DNA of 64,000 bases, from the NCBI RefSeq assembly GCF_964204645.1, contig NC_134027.1:18934560-18998559 (forward strand). The letters run 5' to 3'. The stretch is from Tubulanus polymorphus (Eukaryota; Animalia; Nemertea). The notes under the pieces are model-generated. The model made no database searches and was not told where the DNA came from. It saw only the letters and a list, made by a program, of their open reading frames with translations. A program made the translations under genes and the position numbers. Positions 61,244 through 64,000 of this stretch are shown one piece after another; position 1 is the first letter of the stretch, and every line of letters begins with the position of its first letter.

Positions 61244-61727
61244 CTGAGGATGTTGTTTTTATAGTAGTGTTTTAGAATCATAAAATAGATACGTTTGTAA
61301 TTTGTTCCTTTTTCATTTTATAATCTCATTTTATTTCCATCATTGTAAATATAGTTATTTATTTAGTGATGCATTTGTTTGACTGTAGCCACTTAAGTTT
61401 GTAGTCACTGATTGTAATGTGTGTTTTATAGTATCTAAAATATATAAATGTATATCTTAAAATCGTTCTCATTAATTCAGATCACTTATTCGCTCGCTTG
61501 GGACGTTGGTCCAGCTGGCTATTGCGTTTACTTTTCTCCGGCTATTCGTCCGTAGGCGGAACCCAGTTGTTTTGGGAAGTTTTGAAGACGCCTCGAACGA
61601 ACGTCCTTTTTAGGTGAATATGCCCTTCGTGATTTTGGTAATTTTTTAGCATATGTAACAGGTTACAGAACACTAGGCTCACACAGTAACACAGTTGACA
61701 AATTTAAACAAGAAAATTAATTTTGAT

Positions 61728-62855
61728 GAATTATTTGACGCCTGCGAAAAAAATGTAGAATTTTTGGGATAAGCTAATGTGGAATTGCAAATGTGAAATC
61801 GAAGTTTTAAGAAATTTGGGGAATTAACAGATTTGGCGATTTGGTAGGTGATACGGGTCTGCGACTGTATAGTACTGGTTTAAGTTTTTTATTGAAAATT
61901 GTCAATAATTGATAACTTGCGACCGACTTAATTCACTTTTGCCTCTAAGCTGGTCTGCAACTTCATTGCCTCCATAGTTGAGGAAAGAGCTCATCTGATG
62001 TCTGTTTCATTATGACTTTGGAGCATATCGTGTGGCCCAGCCAGCCGGCCCGGTCCGGTGGGTTTGGCTGTCACTCGATATCCTCTTGAGTCTAGGTTGT
62101 AGTAGACAGTCATTTAAAATGAATTGTTTATGTTATTCTGTATGAATTACCCGTATGACTTGTATGTTGTATGTTCTTATTTTAGAATTTGTAATTTTAT
62201 TGAATTTGGGAATTTTATCCCGGAATTTTATATGTAATAAGGATCAATATAGAATTGAATTGTCACCTAATACACATGCCATCAGAGGATGCGGAGCCGC
62301 ATACGACAGCTATGCTATTGTAAATTGCTAATCTCATTAAACCTGCATACCCCTAATATCGAACATATTTTCTAAAACATTTGAATATTGAAATGATCTT
62401 TACACATTTTTATATTGACCGCTTGTAGCCGCTGATGAAATTCACGCCGGCCCTACACAGATCGTAGATAGCTTCGTCATTCCACCAGCATTCCCATGTC
62501 AGGATCTTCCTTTTACATCAGACTTCCAAATCGTGTATACATCCGCCATTTTGACCGAATAACCTGATTTACTTATCATATCTATTTATGCCTGCCGCTT
62601 CTGATATAATCATACATCCTTTACTATTACAAAACGTCTTCTAGTGATATTCAATTCAATATAACATTTCGACGTTCAAAAAGAACTCATTATATAATCA
62701 CAGGAAGCCATTCCATCTTTGTCGATAATATTTTGCGGAATTAGCTTGTATGTGTACACATAGACCTGTGACGTTCTGCACATCGATTTACGGTTGTCGT
62801 TTGTAAAATGACGCTGAATGGTTAACATTGTTTAGGTTTCATAATGGTTACGTTA
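61728..62855 (-). repeat. Family C copy, inverted
   Basis: e.g. gcttgtatgtgtacacatagacctgtgacgtt is the reverse complement of ~19846-19878. Confidence 0.8.
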
Positions 62856-63259
62856 TTTCCTTAATAACATTTTCATCATGGTATTCTTTTTTACATTTCA
62901 CTGATTCTATAGATGTTTTTTTTAAGGAGAATGCTCCATTAGTTACAGATTTATACCAAAAAATCATTTCATTCACCAGTCCCGTCGTGTGTGCGAGCGA
63001 AGCAGTGCCTAACGTCGGCGAAACTACTTCAAGCGATGTTCAATGACAGAGGATAGGTTAACCTCCTTGGCCCTCATGCACATACATTAAGTTGAGGGTA
63101 GATACAAAAGCTGTGACGAAAATATTCGCGGGAAAACACCCAAGACGATTGTAGCTGGCAAACATTTTAGATTGAACTATTGTTTAACATCCAGGAAGAA
63201 AGACACTAAATATTTGGATTGATATATGAAAGCTGGGTACTGGAGTGTGTAATTGGTAG

Positions 63260-63870
63260 TGTAGTGTGATCTGTGTGCATTTGTGGCCAGCACACGGATC
63301 ACATTGTTCAATGGGGTTTGGTCCAGGACTCGCGAGATTTTCAACAACACGGAAGTAACGTGGAATAAATGATGACTTGAATTGCATGACTACCTACCAC
63401 CCCTCATTATTGTTGGAAAACTAACCGTTCCGCACTGACTAAAAATTAGTAATAACATTTTAGAAATGGCCAGAATTTTAACTTATGTTCTATCTCATTT
63501 TTATTTTACAATTGCGATTGGTATAAATTTTTTTTTAAACGGCCGTTAAGGCTTCATGTTTCGTCTGCAATTCACTGCAAATAGTTACGCAACTACGAAC
63601 ATTTCAGTGTTTTGGCAGCTGTACACTCAATCGGCACCGTTCGTGACTAGCTTCACTGCGGAATTATCATTAATTAACATCGCCATATCACATCATCAAC
63701 TTATATTGTGCCTTAAAACCCTAACAGCCGAAATAATTGAAATGCACACACGATTTCTATCATTGAAAATTGAGAGAGTGGCCATGTTTGTGTTCTGCTG
63801 CTTCGCGTAAATCCCGCGCGGTGGGGCAACCGCGCGGAGTGGGGCCGATACGTCCAGAGTTACTTGCTAC
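63260..63870 (+). repeat. Second copy of the 35.5-kb repeat
   Basis: Same hairpin and block as 35505-36200. Confidence 0.6.
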
Positions 63871-64000
63871 ATAAATTAGTGGTGAATAAATTTCATTCTT
63901 ACATTTCAAATGATTATACCTCTGCAAAGAAAACCAGCCGGTCACCAAAATCAATGCGGCAGCCTACGTGTGGGTTCGCTTTGAATTTTCATTACTTTTC

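Overview
AT-rich animal (invertebrate-like) genomic DNA, not prokaryotic. Most of the window is one spliced gene on +: polybromo-1 (PBRM1/BAF180). I reconstructed 34 GT-AG coding exons by hand, from ATG 12387 to TAA 61120 (~1827 aa), with all phases compatible. It encodes 6 bromodomains, 2 BAH domains, the conserved C-terminal LLHSEAYLKYIEGL block and, unusually, TWO HMG boxes, the second on a skippable phase 1-1 exon pair. Three N-terminal exons of nucleostemin (GNL3/GNL3L family) lie on - at the left edge, head-to-head with PBRM1, as in human 3p21. Introns and the intergenic region are packed with non-autonomous transposons: Helentron/DINE-like HINEs (one carrying a 154-bp satellite array), TIR elements with unusual 5- and 6-bp TSDs supported by internal empty-site evidence, Harbinger-, piggyBac-, Kolobok- and pogo-like MITEs, foldbacks, and a DIRS-like RT relic. 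Candidate extra cassette exons and alternative donors are also present. All calls come from manual reading; no searches were run.
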